A stretch of 64,000 bases of DNA, taken from the NCBI GenBank assembly GCA_964655375.1, contig CAZZNB010000042.1:8564-72563 (forward strand), given 5' to 3'. Position 1 is the first letter of the stretch. Each line of letters opens with the position of its first letter. The stretch comes from an uncultured Candidatus Saccharibacteria bacterium (GTDB lineage: Bacteria > Patescibacteriota > Minisyncoccia > UBA6257 > HR35). Made by a program: the position numbers and the translations under genes. The notes under the pieces were generated by a model. That model had not been told where the DNA came from and did no database searches. It saw only the letters and a program-made list of their open reading frames with translations. Shown piece by piece: positions 1-10,460 of this stretch.

Positions 1-343
1 TATGCTTAAAAATTTTGACGGTGCTGTTTTGATTAATAAAGAAGGAATAATAATTGCTAGCGGTATATACTTGATAAATCTAAATCCTAAAAAGGCATTA
101 GAAAAGTTAAAGTTAAGAGGAGAAGATCTTTCTCAGGCATTTGGTTTTAAAGAAAAAGTTCATACTAGGCATATTACTGCTATTACTGCATCTTTAATTC
201 TAGATAGTACTACGGTCTATACTGTATCTGAAGAAAGTCAGGTTATTAGAATGTATGAAAATGGTCATATAATTTATTCTACTTTAAAAGAAGAACAAAA
301 GTATTTGATTCAAAAAATTAAAGAAAATAATAAGAATAAGTAA
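1..343 (+). CDS. Diadenylate cyclase (DisA_N/DAC domain) protein, C-terminal part; probably 5'-truncated by the window edge
   Basis: DGAVLI motif, HTRHITA (RHR-like motif) and VSEE..IRMY.NG tail typical of DAC domains. Confidence 0.7.
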   Translation, partial: MLKNFDGAVLINKEGIIIASGIYLINLNPKKALEKLKLRGEDLSQAFGFKEKVHTRHITAITASLILDSTTVYTVSEESQVIRMYENGHIIYSTLKEEQKYLIQKIKENNKNK

Positions 344-355
344 ATATAATAGTTC

Positions 356-384
356 TTGAAATTTTATAAAGATTTGAGTATAAT
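356..384 (+). promoter_or_regulatory. Sigma70-type promoter for 16S rRNA
   Basis: TTGAAA (356-361), 17 bp spacer, TATAAT (379-384). Confidence 0.6.
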
Positions 385-442
385 TTTTAATAAAGCAATT
401 TTTGTGTTTGTTGTAAAAATTGCACCCTTATGACTTTTTAAG

Positions 443-470
443 AAAGATTCTTAATTATCCGGGCTGGACT
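443..470. repeat. Left arm of a perfect 28-bp inverted repeat flanking 16S (probable processing stem)
   Basis: AAAGATTCTTAATTATCCGGGCTGGACT is the exact reverse complement of 2036-2063. Confidence 0.9.
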
Positions 471-2005
<1,535 letters not shown>

Positions 2006-2035
2006 TTAAAATATCCATAACTATATTCTTAGCTG

Positions 2036-2063
2036 AGTCCAGCCCGGATAATTAAGAATCTTT
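2036..2063. repeat. Right arm of the 28-bp inverted repeat flanking 16S
   Basis: AGTCCAGCCCGGATAATTAAGAATCTTT. Confidence 0.9.
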
Positions 2064-2108
2064 TTATTTTGTAATTTTTTTATAATTTTTGTTATAATGA
2101 CAATAATA

Positions 2109-2489
2109 ATGAAAATCTTAATAGTAGAAGACGACAAATTTTTGAGATTATTATTGGAAAGAAAATTAAAAAATGAAAATTTTGAAGTTATTTCTGCAGA
2201 AGATGGAGAAGAAGCTTTAGAAAAAATTGTTACTGAAAAACCTGATCTGATTTTACTGGATATTATATTACCTAAAAAAAGCGGATTTTCTGTTTTAGAA
2301 GAAATCAATAAAGATGAAAATTTAAAAAAAATTCCTGTTTTTATAATATCAAATTTAGGACAACCAGAGGATATCGAAAGAGGAAAGAATTTAGGAGCAA
2401 AAGAATATTTTGTAAAAGCAGGTTTGTCTTTGGAAGAACTTATTAAAAAAATTAAAATCTTTGCTGTAGAATTTTTATCCACAAAATAA
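2109..2489 (+). CDS. Single-domain response regulator receiver
   Basis: KILIVEDD...PDLILLDIILPKKSG...GAKEYFVK; start at the second Met preferred. Confidence 0.92.
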   Translation: MKILIVEDDKFLRLLLERKLKNENFEVISAEDGEEALEKIVTEKPDLILLDIILPKKSGFSVLEEINKDENLKKIPVFIISNLGQPEDIERGKNLGAKEYFVKAGLSLEELIKKIKIFAVEFLSTK

Positions 2490-2518
2490 CTTGATTTTTT
2501 GTAATTTAGTATTATAAT
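2475..2518 (+). promoter_or_regulatory. DnaA box plus sigma70 promoter of the pilin gene
   Basis: TTATCCACA 2475-2483, TTGATT 2491-2496, TATAAT 2513-2518. Confidence 0.6.
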
Positions 2519-2579
2519 TTTATAAATAAATTAAATAATAAAATTTAAAAGGCCGTGATTAAAAATTAATTTTTTATAA

Positions 2580-3215
2580 ATGCAAAATAAAAAAGTCGGG
2601 TTTACCTTAATTGAGTTAATAGTTGTTTTAGCTATAATCGGAGTATTAGTCGGTATATTAGTGGCAGTTATAAAACCACAACAAATATTTGCAAGATTAA
2701 GAGACACACAAAGACAATCTGATTTAAATAGATTAGCAAACGCAATACAAACATATATCGCAGAATTTGCTCAAGATCCTTCTGCTATTGTTTTAACAGG
2801 AGATCCAGGAATAGGAGGGACAAACGGATGTGTAGGAGGAAGCACCTCTACAGTTTATTATTCAGCTAATACTCAACCAACTAGTACACCTTCTGGCTTT
2901 GCTCGTGTAAGAGCTTCAACATCTACAGCAGTTGATGGTACAGGTTGGTTACCAGTTAAGTTTGCTTCAGCAACAACACTTAATTTGGCTGCTTTACCTA
3001 TTGATCCAAGAAATTCTAATTATGATGCTAACCCATCTTTTTATTACACTTATGCTTGCAGAACTGATTTTAATTTCGAATTAAATGCTAATCTAGAAGT
3101 AATGACTGATGCAGAACAAAATGATGGTGGGGATATTACCACCCTGTATGAAGTAGGCCCAGATAAAACTATATTACCTACTACAACATCTGCTAACTTT
3201 TATCCTAATCCTTAA
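2580..3215 (+). CDS. Type IV pilin (probable major pilin)
   Basis: KKVG/FTLIEL class III signal, hydrophobic helix, RDTQRQSDL, LPIDP, Cys pair. Confidence 0.9.
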   Translation: MQNKKVGFTLIELIVVLAIIGVLVGILVAVIKPQQIFARLRDTQRQSDLNRLANAIQTYIAEFAQDPSAIVLTGDPGIGGTNGCVGGSTSTVYYSANTQPTSTPSGFARVRASTSTAVDGTGWLPVKFASATTLNLAALPIDPRNSNYDANPSFYYTYACRTDFNFELNANLEVMTDAEQNDGGDITTLYEVGPDKTILPTTTSANFYPNP

Positions 3216-3226
3216 TCGCAATTTTA

Positions 3227-3694
3227 ATGGAAATTGTTGTTATTCTTGATAATATAAGATCAGGTTTTAATGTTGGTAATATTTTAAGAACAGCTGAGTT
3301 TTTAGGAGTTAAAAAAATAATAGGAGTTGGTATAACACCCCTACCTCCTCATAAAGAAGTAATTAAAACATCCTTAGGCGCTGAAAATAATTTAGAATTC
3401 GAAAGAAAATTTAGACTAAGTCCCCTAATTAAAGAATTGAGAAATAAAAAATATAAAATAATTGCTATTGAACAAGCAAAAAAATCTATCCCTTATTATA
3501 AATTTAATAAGAAATTTAAAAAAATTGCTTTAATCGTAGGAAATGAAATAAAAGGAATAAAAAAAGATAATTTAAAGTTATGTGATTATATTTTAGAAAT
3601 TCCTAAAAAAGGAAAGATAAAAGAATCATTAAATGTTGGAATTGCTTTTTCTATTGTTCTGAGTCATTTAGTTTTTAATCTTAAAACTACCTAG
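3227..3694 (+). CDS. TrmH/SpoU family RNA methyltransferase
   Basis: LDNIRS..NVGNILRTA, IVGNE..GI, ESLNVGIA. Confidence 0.9.
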   Translation: MEIVVILDNIRSGFNVGNILRTAEFLGVKKIIGVGITPLPPHKEVIKTSLGAENNLEFERKFRLSPLIKELRNKKYKIIAIEQAKKSIPYYKFNKKFKKIALIVGNEIKGIKKDNLKLCDYILEIPKKGKIKESLNVGIAFSIVLSHLVFNLKTT

Positions 3695-4606
3695 TTTATA
3701 ACCATTTAAGAATTCTTTTGAACTCATTCTCTTTTTATCTTGTAATTGTAATTCTTTAATAAGTATGAAAGCATTTTTTAATCTTAAACCGAGCTCATTT
3801 TTATATTGGAAAAATTCTCCTATTTTTAAATTTTTAACTTTTAAATTTTTCTCATTTAACTTTTCTATTGAAAAAATTTTTAGAATTTTTTCTTCTCCTT
3901 TTAAATTAATTACTATAAAAGTACCAGGCCAAGGATTTAAGGCTCTAATTTTTCTATCCCAAACTATATAATCTTCATCTAATTTTAATTCTCCATCTTC
4001 TTTTGTAATTTTTCTTGTATAAGTTGCTAAAGAATCATTTTGGGGAATTGGTTCAATTAATCCATTTAAATATTTTTCTATAGTGTCATTAAATAATTTC
4101 CCTCCTAATATTCCTAATTTTTCTTCTAATTTTGAATAATCTTCATTTCCTTTTAATTCTATTTTTTCTTGAGCAATGATGGGGCCATGGTCAACTAATT
4201 CATCAATTAAAAATAAAGTTACTCCAGTTTCCTTTTCCCCATTTAAAATTACTTCTCTTATAGGATTAGGCCCTCTATATTTAGGCAATAAAGAAGGATG
4301 AACATTAATAATACCCTTTTTGAACTTATCAATAATTTCTTTAGGAATGATTTTGCCAAATCCTGCTAATAATCCAAATTCAAAACTGAAATTAAAATTA
4401 CTAAAATCTTTTACTTCTATTACAGGCAATTTTTCTTTTAAAGCATAAGAATAAACTATGTTTGGTTCTAACTTATAACCCCTTCCTTTTGGTTTAGCAG
4501 GTAAAGTAAAAACTAACTCAGGTTTATATTTCTTTAGAACATTTCTTAAAACATAAATCGAAAAATTGCTTGAGCCAAAAAAACAAAAGTTTAGTCTTTT
4601 AGTCAT
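3668..4606 (-). CDS. fmt: Methionyl-tRNA formyltransferase
   Basis: KPKGRG, INVHPSLLPKYRGPNPI, RALNPWPG. Confidence 0.95.
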   Translation of the reverse strand: MTKRLNFCFFGSSNFSIYVLRNVLKKYKPELVFTLPAKPKGRGYKLEPNIVYSYALKEKLPVIEVKDFSNFNFSFEFGLLAGFGKIIPKEIIDKFKKGIINVHPSLLPKYRGPNPIREVILNGEKETGVTLFLIDELVDHGPIIAQEKIELKGNEDYSKLEEKLGILGGKLFNDTIEKYLNGLIEPIPQNDSLATYTRKITKEDGELKLDEDYIVWDRKIRALNPWPGTFIVINLKGEEKILKIFSIEKLNEKNLKVKNLKIGEFFQYKNELGLRLKNAFILIKELQLQDKKRMSSKEFLNGYKLGSFKIKN

Positions 4607-5054
4607 TTGAGTTTATTTCATAAATTTGTGTTGCTTTATCGATAAATAAAATTCCCTTTAAATGGTCATATTCATGCTGAATGATATGAGCTAAAAGCCC
4701 TTTTGCTTTCATAGTTTTTTCTTTGCCAGATAGAGTTTGATATTTTATTTTAATTTCTTTTGCTCTCTTTACAAATCCATATTTATTTTTAATACTTAAA
4801 CAACCTTCCTCTTTTAACTCTTCTCCTTTTGTTTCGATAATTTCAGGATTAATAAAAACATAAAATTTATCTTTCGGTTTAGCAATAAAAATTGCCAAAT
4901 CAATACCTATTTGGTTAGCAGAGATTCCAATACCTCCTTCCCTAACCATAATTTTTTTCATTTTTTCTATTATTTGTTTAATTTCTTTATCAATTTTTTC
5001 AACCTTCCTCGCTTCTTTTTTCAAAATTTTATTTGGATATAGAACTATCTCCAT
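4599..5054 (-). CDS. def: Peptide deformylase
   Basis: GIGISANQIG, EGCLS, QHEYDHL. Confidence 0.96.
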   Translation of the reverse strand: MEIVLYPNKILKKEARKVEKIDKEIKQIIEKMKKIMVREGGIGISANQIGIDLAIFIAKPKDKFYVFINPEIIETKGEELKEEGCLSIKNKYGFVKRAKEIKIKYQTLSGKEKTMKAKGLLAHIIQHEYDHLKGILFIDKATQIYEINSND

Positions 5055-5084
5055 TATAATTTTATAATTATAAAGAAAGGAAAA

Positions 5085-5873
5085 ATGAAAAAAGATATGA
5101 GTTTAGAAGAATTTAAAAAGAGACATGGATATGTAATAAACGGTGTATGGTATCCTAGGGTGACTTCAATCGTTGATATTAAAAGTAAACCAGCCCTTTA
5201 TTATTTCTATGCAGCTCAAGAAAATTTTGAAGTTGCCCAAGAGAAAAAATCAAAAGCTGCAAAAGAAGGAAGTATTGTTCATGAAATTTTAGAAGCAATA
5301 GTTGGAGGGCGAGAAATTATTGTTCCTCCAGAATATATTGGTTTTAAAAACGGATTTGAAAACTTTTTGAAAGAGCATGCCTTTTTCTCAAAGCAAGATT
5401 GGATTGAAAAAAGGATTAAACATTCAGATTATAGATATAGCGGAACTTTTGATATTTTAGCAGAATTAGATGGATTTTTTTCTTTAGTTGATATTAAAAC
5501 AGCTTTAGAAATTTATGATGATTATAGACTTCAAACAGCAGCTTATTTTTATGCTTTGAATGAAGAACCATTCTTAATAGATAGATCAGGTAAAAAAATT
5601 GTCCTACCTAAATATGTGGAAAAACGTTATATTTTGAGAATTAATCAAATTCAAATATGTGAAATTTGTGGTGCTAAAAAATATTTAAGAAGCATGGGAG
5701 ACAAAATAAAAGAAGGAGATTCTAATTGCCAACACAAATTTGGTGAAATTACTTATGAATGGGAGCTTAAAGAATTCGATAGCCCAGAAGAAGATTTTAA
5801 AGGATTTTTAGCTTGTAAAGATTTATGGGAATGGGAATATAGAGATTATCTTAAAGAAATTGGCTATTTATAA
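5085..5873 (+). CDS. PD-(D/E)XK nuclease superfamily protein (phage exonuclease/Cas4-like)
   Basis: YPRVTSI, GSIVHEILE, YSGTFD...VDIKT, QTAAY; CxxC...CxH insertion. Confidence 0.75.
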   Translation: MKKDMSLEEFKKRHGYVINGVWYPRVTSIVDIKSKPALYYFYAAQENFEVAQEKKSKAAKEGSIVHEILEAIVGGREIIVPPEYIGFKNGFENFLKEHAFFSKQDWIEKRIKHSDYRYSGTFDILAELDGFFSLVDIKTALEIYDDYRLQTAAYFYALNEEPFLIDRSGKKIVLPKYVEKRYILRINQIQICEICGAKKYLRSMGDKIKEGDSNCQHKFGEITYEWELKEFDSPEEDFKGFLACKDLWEWEYRDYLKEIGYL

Positions 5874-6418
5874 AAAAAATCTCTTGGCAAGTTCAGTTTT
5901 TCTATTGGTAAATTTGCCAATTTTTCTAAAATTTCCTTAAATTTATTTTTAGCCCCCTCCCATTTTATAAGTTTATTTTTAGATAGTTTTTTTAAGATTA
6001 TCTCTTCGGCTTTTTTTCTTATTTTATCTTGAATTCCTATCCTCATTCTCCAGATTTCTGTGCCACAATTTTTATAAATTGATTCAACTCCTTTATGCAT
6101 AGAACTTGATTGATCAAAAGTAAATTTTATATAAAGAAAAGGAAGATCTGCTTCATCATGAATAATTAAGGTTTCTTGCGATTTTATTTTAAATAAAGAT
6201 AACACCTCTTTCAAAGCTTTACCAGATTCGTTCATATATGTTTTCCCAATGGCAAGATAAAGATTTTTATATTTTCCTACAATAGAAAATTTGTTTTCTT
6301 TTACGGGCTTTAAATAAAGTTCAATCAAATCTCTTCCAAAATTATGTGGAGTATTTTTAAATTTTTCTTCAGGATTTCCTAAGCCAAAAATTAATTTGAT
6401 TTTTGAGTGATTTTTCAT
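5864..6418 (-). CDS. pth: Peptidyl-tRNA hydrolase
   Basis: GLGNP...TPHNFG, TYMNESG, IHDEADL, RMRIGI. Confidence 0.92.
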   Translation of the reverse strand: MKNHSKIKLIFGLGNPEEKFKNTPHNFGRDLIELYLKPVKENKFSIVGKYKNLYLAIGKTYMNESGKALKEVLSLFKIKSQETLIIHDEADLPFLYIKFTFDQSSSMHKGVESIYKNCGTEIWRMRIGIQDKIRKKAEEIILKKLSKNKLIKWEGAKNKFKEILEKLANLPIEKLNLPRDFFYK

Positions 6419-6431
6419 TATAATTATTTTA

Positions 6432-6977
6432 ATGAAAAAATTAGAAATTCTAGAAATTATAGAAATAATTTTAACTTTTCTTTTAATTTTTTTGCCTGTG
6501 AGATTTTTTATTTTCGAACCATTTATTGTAATGGGAGAAAGTATGGAACCTAATTATCATACAGCAGATTATTTGATTATTTGTAAAATTTGTACTAAAA
6601 TTCAAGATCCCCAAAGAGGTGATGTAATAGTTTTTATACCACCAGTTGATGAGAGAAAGTATTATATAAAAAGAATTATAGGATTACCAGGAGAAACAAT
6701 TTATTTGAAAGGAAAAAATATCTATATTTATAACAAAGAAAATCCACAAGGATTTAAATTAGAAGAATCATATATTCAAGATGAAAATTTTGATTTGGGA
6801 GAAGAGAGAATACAATTAAAAGATGATGAATATTTTGTTTTAGGAGATAATAGAGATGAAAGTTTTGATTCAAGAAAATGGGGGCCTCTTAAAAAAGACA
6901 GAATAATAGGCAAAGTTTCATTCAAAATAAGCCCATTAGGAAAGTTAATTAAAGTAATTAAATTTAATAATTTATGA
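6432..6977 (+). CDS. lepB: Signal peptidase I
   Basis: GESMEP, YIKRIIGLPGE, GDNRDESFDSRKWG. Confidence 0.95.
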   Translation: MKKLEILEIIEIILTFLLIFLPVRFFIFEPFIVMGESMEPNYHTADYLIICKICTKIQDPQRGDVIVFIPPVDERKYYIKRIIGLPGETIYLKGKNIYIYNKENPQGFKLEESYIQDENFDLGEERIQLKDDEYFVLGDNRDESFDSRKWGPLKKDRIIGKVSFKISPLGKLIKVIKFNNL

Positions 6978-8248
6978 AAAAATTTAAAATAGTACCCCAA
7001 TCTCCAAGAGGGATGCATGATTTAATAAAAGAAGATGCTGAGCTTTTCTTAAGGTTATTCAACGAAATAGTAAGACATTCATATTTATATGGTTTTGAAT
7101 ATATAAGAACTCCTACAGTAGAAAAAGAAGAAATTTTTACAGCTTCTTTAGGGGCATCTACTGATGTTATAGAAAAAGAAATGTTTTACGTCGGGAGAAA
7201 AGAAAAAGGCGAAAAATATGTCTTAAGACCTGAAGGAACAGCGTCAATAGCAAGAGCTTATCTTCAAAATGGCATGCACTCTTGGCCTCAACCAGTCCGC
7301 CTTTTTTATTTTGGGCCAATGTTTAGATACGAAAGACCACAAGCAGGTAGATACAGAGAGCATTATCAATGGGGTATTGAAGTTTTAAGTTCGGAAGATC
7401 CTATTTACGACGCTAAGATTATCCAGGTTTTTGATAGATTTTTGAAAAAAATGAAATTAAAAGATTTTACCTTCAAAATAAATAGTATAGGTTGCTTAAA
7501 TGACAGAAATAAATATAAGCAAGCTCTTAAAAGATATTATAGAAAATATCTAAAAAATCTATGTGAAGATTGTAAAAGAAGATACACTACTAACCCTTTA
7601 AGAATGCTTGATTGTAAAAATGAAAAAGATCAAGAAATTAAAAAAAATGCTCCTATTTTAGTGAATTATTTATGTAAACAATGTGAAGAACATTTTAAAA
7701 AAGTTTTGGAATATATAGAAGAATTAGAAATCTCATATGAATTAGATCCCCATCTTGTAAGAGGTTTTGATTATTACTCTAGGACTGTTTTTGAAATATT
7801 TTTTATTGAATCTCCTATTGCTATTGGTGGTGGAGGAAGATATGATTATTTAATTAAATTTTTAGGCGGTAAGCAAACTCCTGGGGTTGGAGGAGCTATT
7901 GGTATAGAAAGATTGATGGAAATTGTTAAACTTCATCAGATAGACTTAAAAATCAGTAAAAAACCTGAAATTTTCATAGCTTATGCTGCTGAAAGAGCAA
8001 AACCTTATGCCCTTTCTGTTTATGATTTACTTTTGAAACATAATATAAGTGTAGCAGAAAATTTTGCTAAAAATAGCTTAACTTCTCAACTGGAATACGC
8101 AGATAAACTTGGTGTAAAATATTGTATAATAATAGGACATCAAGAAATGGGGAGCAAGTCAGTTATTTTAAAGAATATGGCTGATAAAATTCAGGAAACT
8201 ATCCCTGTAGATAAATTAATAGAAGAATTAAAAATTAGATTAAAATGA
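6974..8248 (+). CDS. hisS: Histidyl-tRNA synthetase
   Basis: LRPEGTA, FRYERPQAGRYRE, LVRGFDYY, GGGRYD. Confidence 0.97.
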   Translation: MKKFKIVPQSPRGMHDLIKEDAELFLRLFNEIVRHSYLYGFEYIRTPTVEKEEIFTASLGASTDVIEKEMFYVGRKEKGEKYVLRPEGTASIARAYLQNGMHSWPQPVRLFYFGPMFRYERPQAGRYREHYQWGIEVLSSEDPIYDAKIIQVFDRFLKKMKLKDFTFKINSIGCLNDRNKYKQALKRYYRKYLKNLCEDCKRRYTTNPLRMLDCKNEKDQEIKKNAPILVNYLCKQCEEHFKKVLEYIEELEISYELDPHLVRGFDYYSRTVFEIFFIESPIAIGGGGRYDYLIKFLGGKQTPGVGGAIGIERLMEIVKLHQIDLKISKKPEIFIAYAAERAKPYALSVYDLLLKHNISVAENFAKNSLTSQLEYADKLGVKYCIIIGHQEMGSKSVILKNMADKIQETIPVDKLIEELKIRLK

Positions 8249-8655
8249 ATTGTATATTTTGTAAAATTGCAAAAAAAGAAATAAGTAGTTACATGATTGA
8301 TGAAACTAAAAATTTTATTGCAGTTCTTGATATAAATCCTCATGCTCCTATGCATACCATGATTATTCCTAAAGATCATATAGAGAACTTTGTTGATTTA
8401 CCTGATGAGTATGGAGAAGAATTAATAAAATTCGTTAAATCTATAATGAAAAAAATTAGCAATAAGTTAAATACAAGAGATTTCACTATTGGGATAAATG
8501 AAGGCAAAAATGCAGGAAGAGCTATAGACCATTTGCATATCCATATAATTCCAAGGTTTAAAAATGATAAAGGAGGCTCAATTCATTCAGTAGTTTATAA
8601 TCCACCTAAAGAACCATTAGAAAAAATTTATGAGATTTTAAAAAATGAGGGTTAA
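8245..8655 (+). CDS. HIT family hydrolase
   Basis: CIFCKI, HLHIHIIPR. Confidence 0.93.
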   Translation: MNCIFCKIAKKEISSYMIDETKNFIAVLDINPHAPMHTMIIPKDHIENFVDLPDEYGEELIKFVKSIMKKISNKLNTRDFTIGINEGKNAGRAIDHLHIHIIPRFKNDKGGSIHSVVYNPPKEPLEKIYEILKNEG

Positions 8656-8917
8656 AGTAAAAAAACAAAAAAAAGAAACAACACAGCAACTTTTAAAAAG
8701 ATTTTTAACAAGATTCCAAAAATCAGGAACGGTTATTGAAGTTAAAAAAAATATGTATAAATCAAGGCCTATGAATGAAAGGAGAAAGAAAGAATATAGA
8801 ATGTATAGACTAAAAATTCAAAGCTTTATTCAAAAGAAGGTAAAAGAAGGTTGGCCGTTGGAAAAAGCATTAGATATGGCAAAGAGATATATTCAATATA
8901 TTAAATACGAAGGATGA
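8645..8917 (+). CDS. rpsU: 30S ribosomal protein bS21-like, with C-terminal extension
   Basis: VKKQKKET..QLLKRF..RFQKSG...EVKK..Y..RP...RRKK pattern; 90 aa. Confidence 0.65.
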   Translation: MRVKVKKQKKETTQQLLKRFLTRFQKSGTVIEVKKNMYKSRPMNERRKKEYRMYRLKIQSFIQKKVKEGWPLEKALDMAKRYIQYIKYEG

Positions 8918-10077
8918 GAAATTTTTATTTTGGATTAGATTTAGGACATTATGAGATAAAATTTACTATTTTAGAAGAAACTTATGATGGGAGGTTAATA
9001 TCTTATAATACCTCTCTAAAAAATGAATATTTTAGGAAAAATGATATAATAGATCAAGAAAACCTAGTCTCTTTATTAAGTAATATTTTAGAAAATACAT
9101 TAGAAACTTTTGATATTAAAAAGATTGATAAACTTAATGTTAGTTTAACATTGCCTAGTTTTCAGAAACATGTACAAAAAGGACACGCTATATTTGAAGA
9201 TAATGTTAAGGAAGAAGACATTAAAAAAACTATAAGAACTGCTAAAAACTTTTTGCTTTTGAACAATCAAGAAATCTTAATTGAGGAACCTTTAAGATTT
9301 TTAATAGATGGCATACAGGAAGTAAGAGATCCTTTAGGGTTTGCAGGTAAAAGATTGGACGCAGATGTTCTTTTTATAACTTGTTATAAATCTCTTTATG
9401 AAAAAATTAAAAATCTTTTTAAAACCTTGAATTTAGAAATAACTAACATTTTCCCCTCTATTTATTCTTCTAGTAAAGTTTGTTTATCTAAAAAAGATAA
9501 AGAGATAGGAGTAGGCCTGATTGATATCGGTGGTGAAACTACAAGTATAGGAATTTTTAATGAAGGAAAACTTGTTGAGATGATAGTATTTGATTTTGGT
9601 TCAGAGATTTTATACCAAGATTTAGCTTTATATTTAAAAGTAGATCTTGAAGAAATAGAAAAAATTAAAACAGAATTACATAAACCACCAACTACTGTAG
9701 GAGGGAAAATAAATAAAAAAGAAGAAAAATTAAAACAACAAATTTTCAAGTTTATAGAAAAAAAATTAAAAGAATATTTTGAAGAATTTAAGATTAAAGA
9801 TTATATAAAGAATATTAAAAAAGAATATAAATTACCAGCAGGCTTAGTAATGATAGGAGGCTTTTCTTTGTATGAAAATAGTTTAAATTTGCTAAAAAAT
9901 ATTTTAGAAATTTCAGTAAAATTTCCTAAAGATGAACTTAATATATTTGAAAATGAGTATGAAGTAAGAAAGTTTTCAGCCTCAGCAGGTTCGGCTCTAA
10001 TATCAAAAGAATTTTCAAGAGAATATGGTTTACTTGAAAAAATTAAAAAATTCTTTTATAGTTTTTGGACTAAGTAG
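8914..10077 (+). CDS. ftsA: Cell division protein FtsA (divergent)
   Basis: GLDLG, FLIDG..VRDPLG..GKRL, GVGLIDIGGETT, LPAGLVMIGG, amphipathic C-terminus. Confidence 0.85.
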   Translation: MRNFYFGLDLGHYEIKFTILEETYDGRLISYNTSLKNEYFRKNDIIDQENLVSLLSNILENTLETFDIKKIDKLNVSLTLPSFQKHVQKGHAIFEDNVKEEDIKKTIRTAKNFLLLNNQEILIEEPLRFLIDGIQEVRDPLGFAGKRLDADVLFITCYKSLYEKIKNLFKTLNLEITNIFPSIYSSSKVCLSKKDKEIGVGLIDIGGETTSIGIFNEGKLVEMIVFDFGSEILYQDLALYLKVDLEEIEKIKTELHKPPTTVGGKINKKEEKLKQQIFKFIEKKLKEYFEEFKIKDYIKNIKKEYKLPAGLVMIGGFSLYENSLNLLKNILEISVKFPKDELNIFENEYEVRKFSASAGSALISKEFSREYGLLEKIKKFFYSFWTK

Positions 10078-10459
10078 TTTAACATTTTTTATTTTTTTAT
10101 TTTATAAAATAGGTTTTTTGCAAACAGAGAATTGCGTACATTATAGAAATGGTTATTTAGAATCTCCTATTTTTGATTTTGGTACAACTTCGAAATTTAA
10201 TAAATTTTTTTGGTTTGGAACAAAAGAAGATTCTATGGTAACTTTTATATTTTGTATTAATGACAATATTTCTTCTCTCGATGAATCTTGTTTTTATATT
10301 GAAAATAGCAATCCTGGAGAAATTATTTTATTAGACAAAGAAACAGAGGGAAATAATAAAGGGAGATATATGCGCTATAGAGTTGAAATGACAAGTTGTG
10401 ATGAGTTCAGTATTCCTCGCGTTGATAGAATATTTTTGTATTATAATAAAGTTCAATAA
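10025..10459 (+). CDS. Hypothetical membrane-anchored beta-rich protein
   Basis: N-terminal TM helix; GYLESPIFD...RYMRYRV...PRVD. Confidence 0.55.
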   Translation: MVYLKKLKNSFIVFGLSSLTFFIFLFYKIGFLQTENCVHYRNGYLESPIFDFGTTSKFNKFFWFGTKEDSMVTFIFCINDNISSLDESCFYIENSNPGEIILLDKETEGNNKGRYMRYRVEMTSCDEFSIPRVDRIFLYYNKVQ

Positions 10460-10460
10460 C

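Noticed and set aside
5085-5873. Cas4 of a CRISPR locus
   Set aside because: No repeat-spacer array or other cas genes in the window, and no typical four-Cys Fe-S arrangement.
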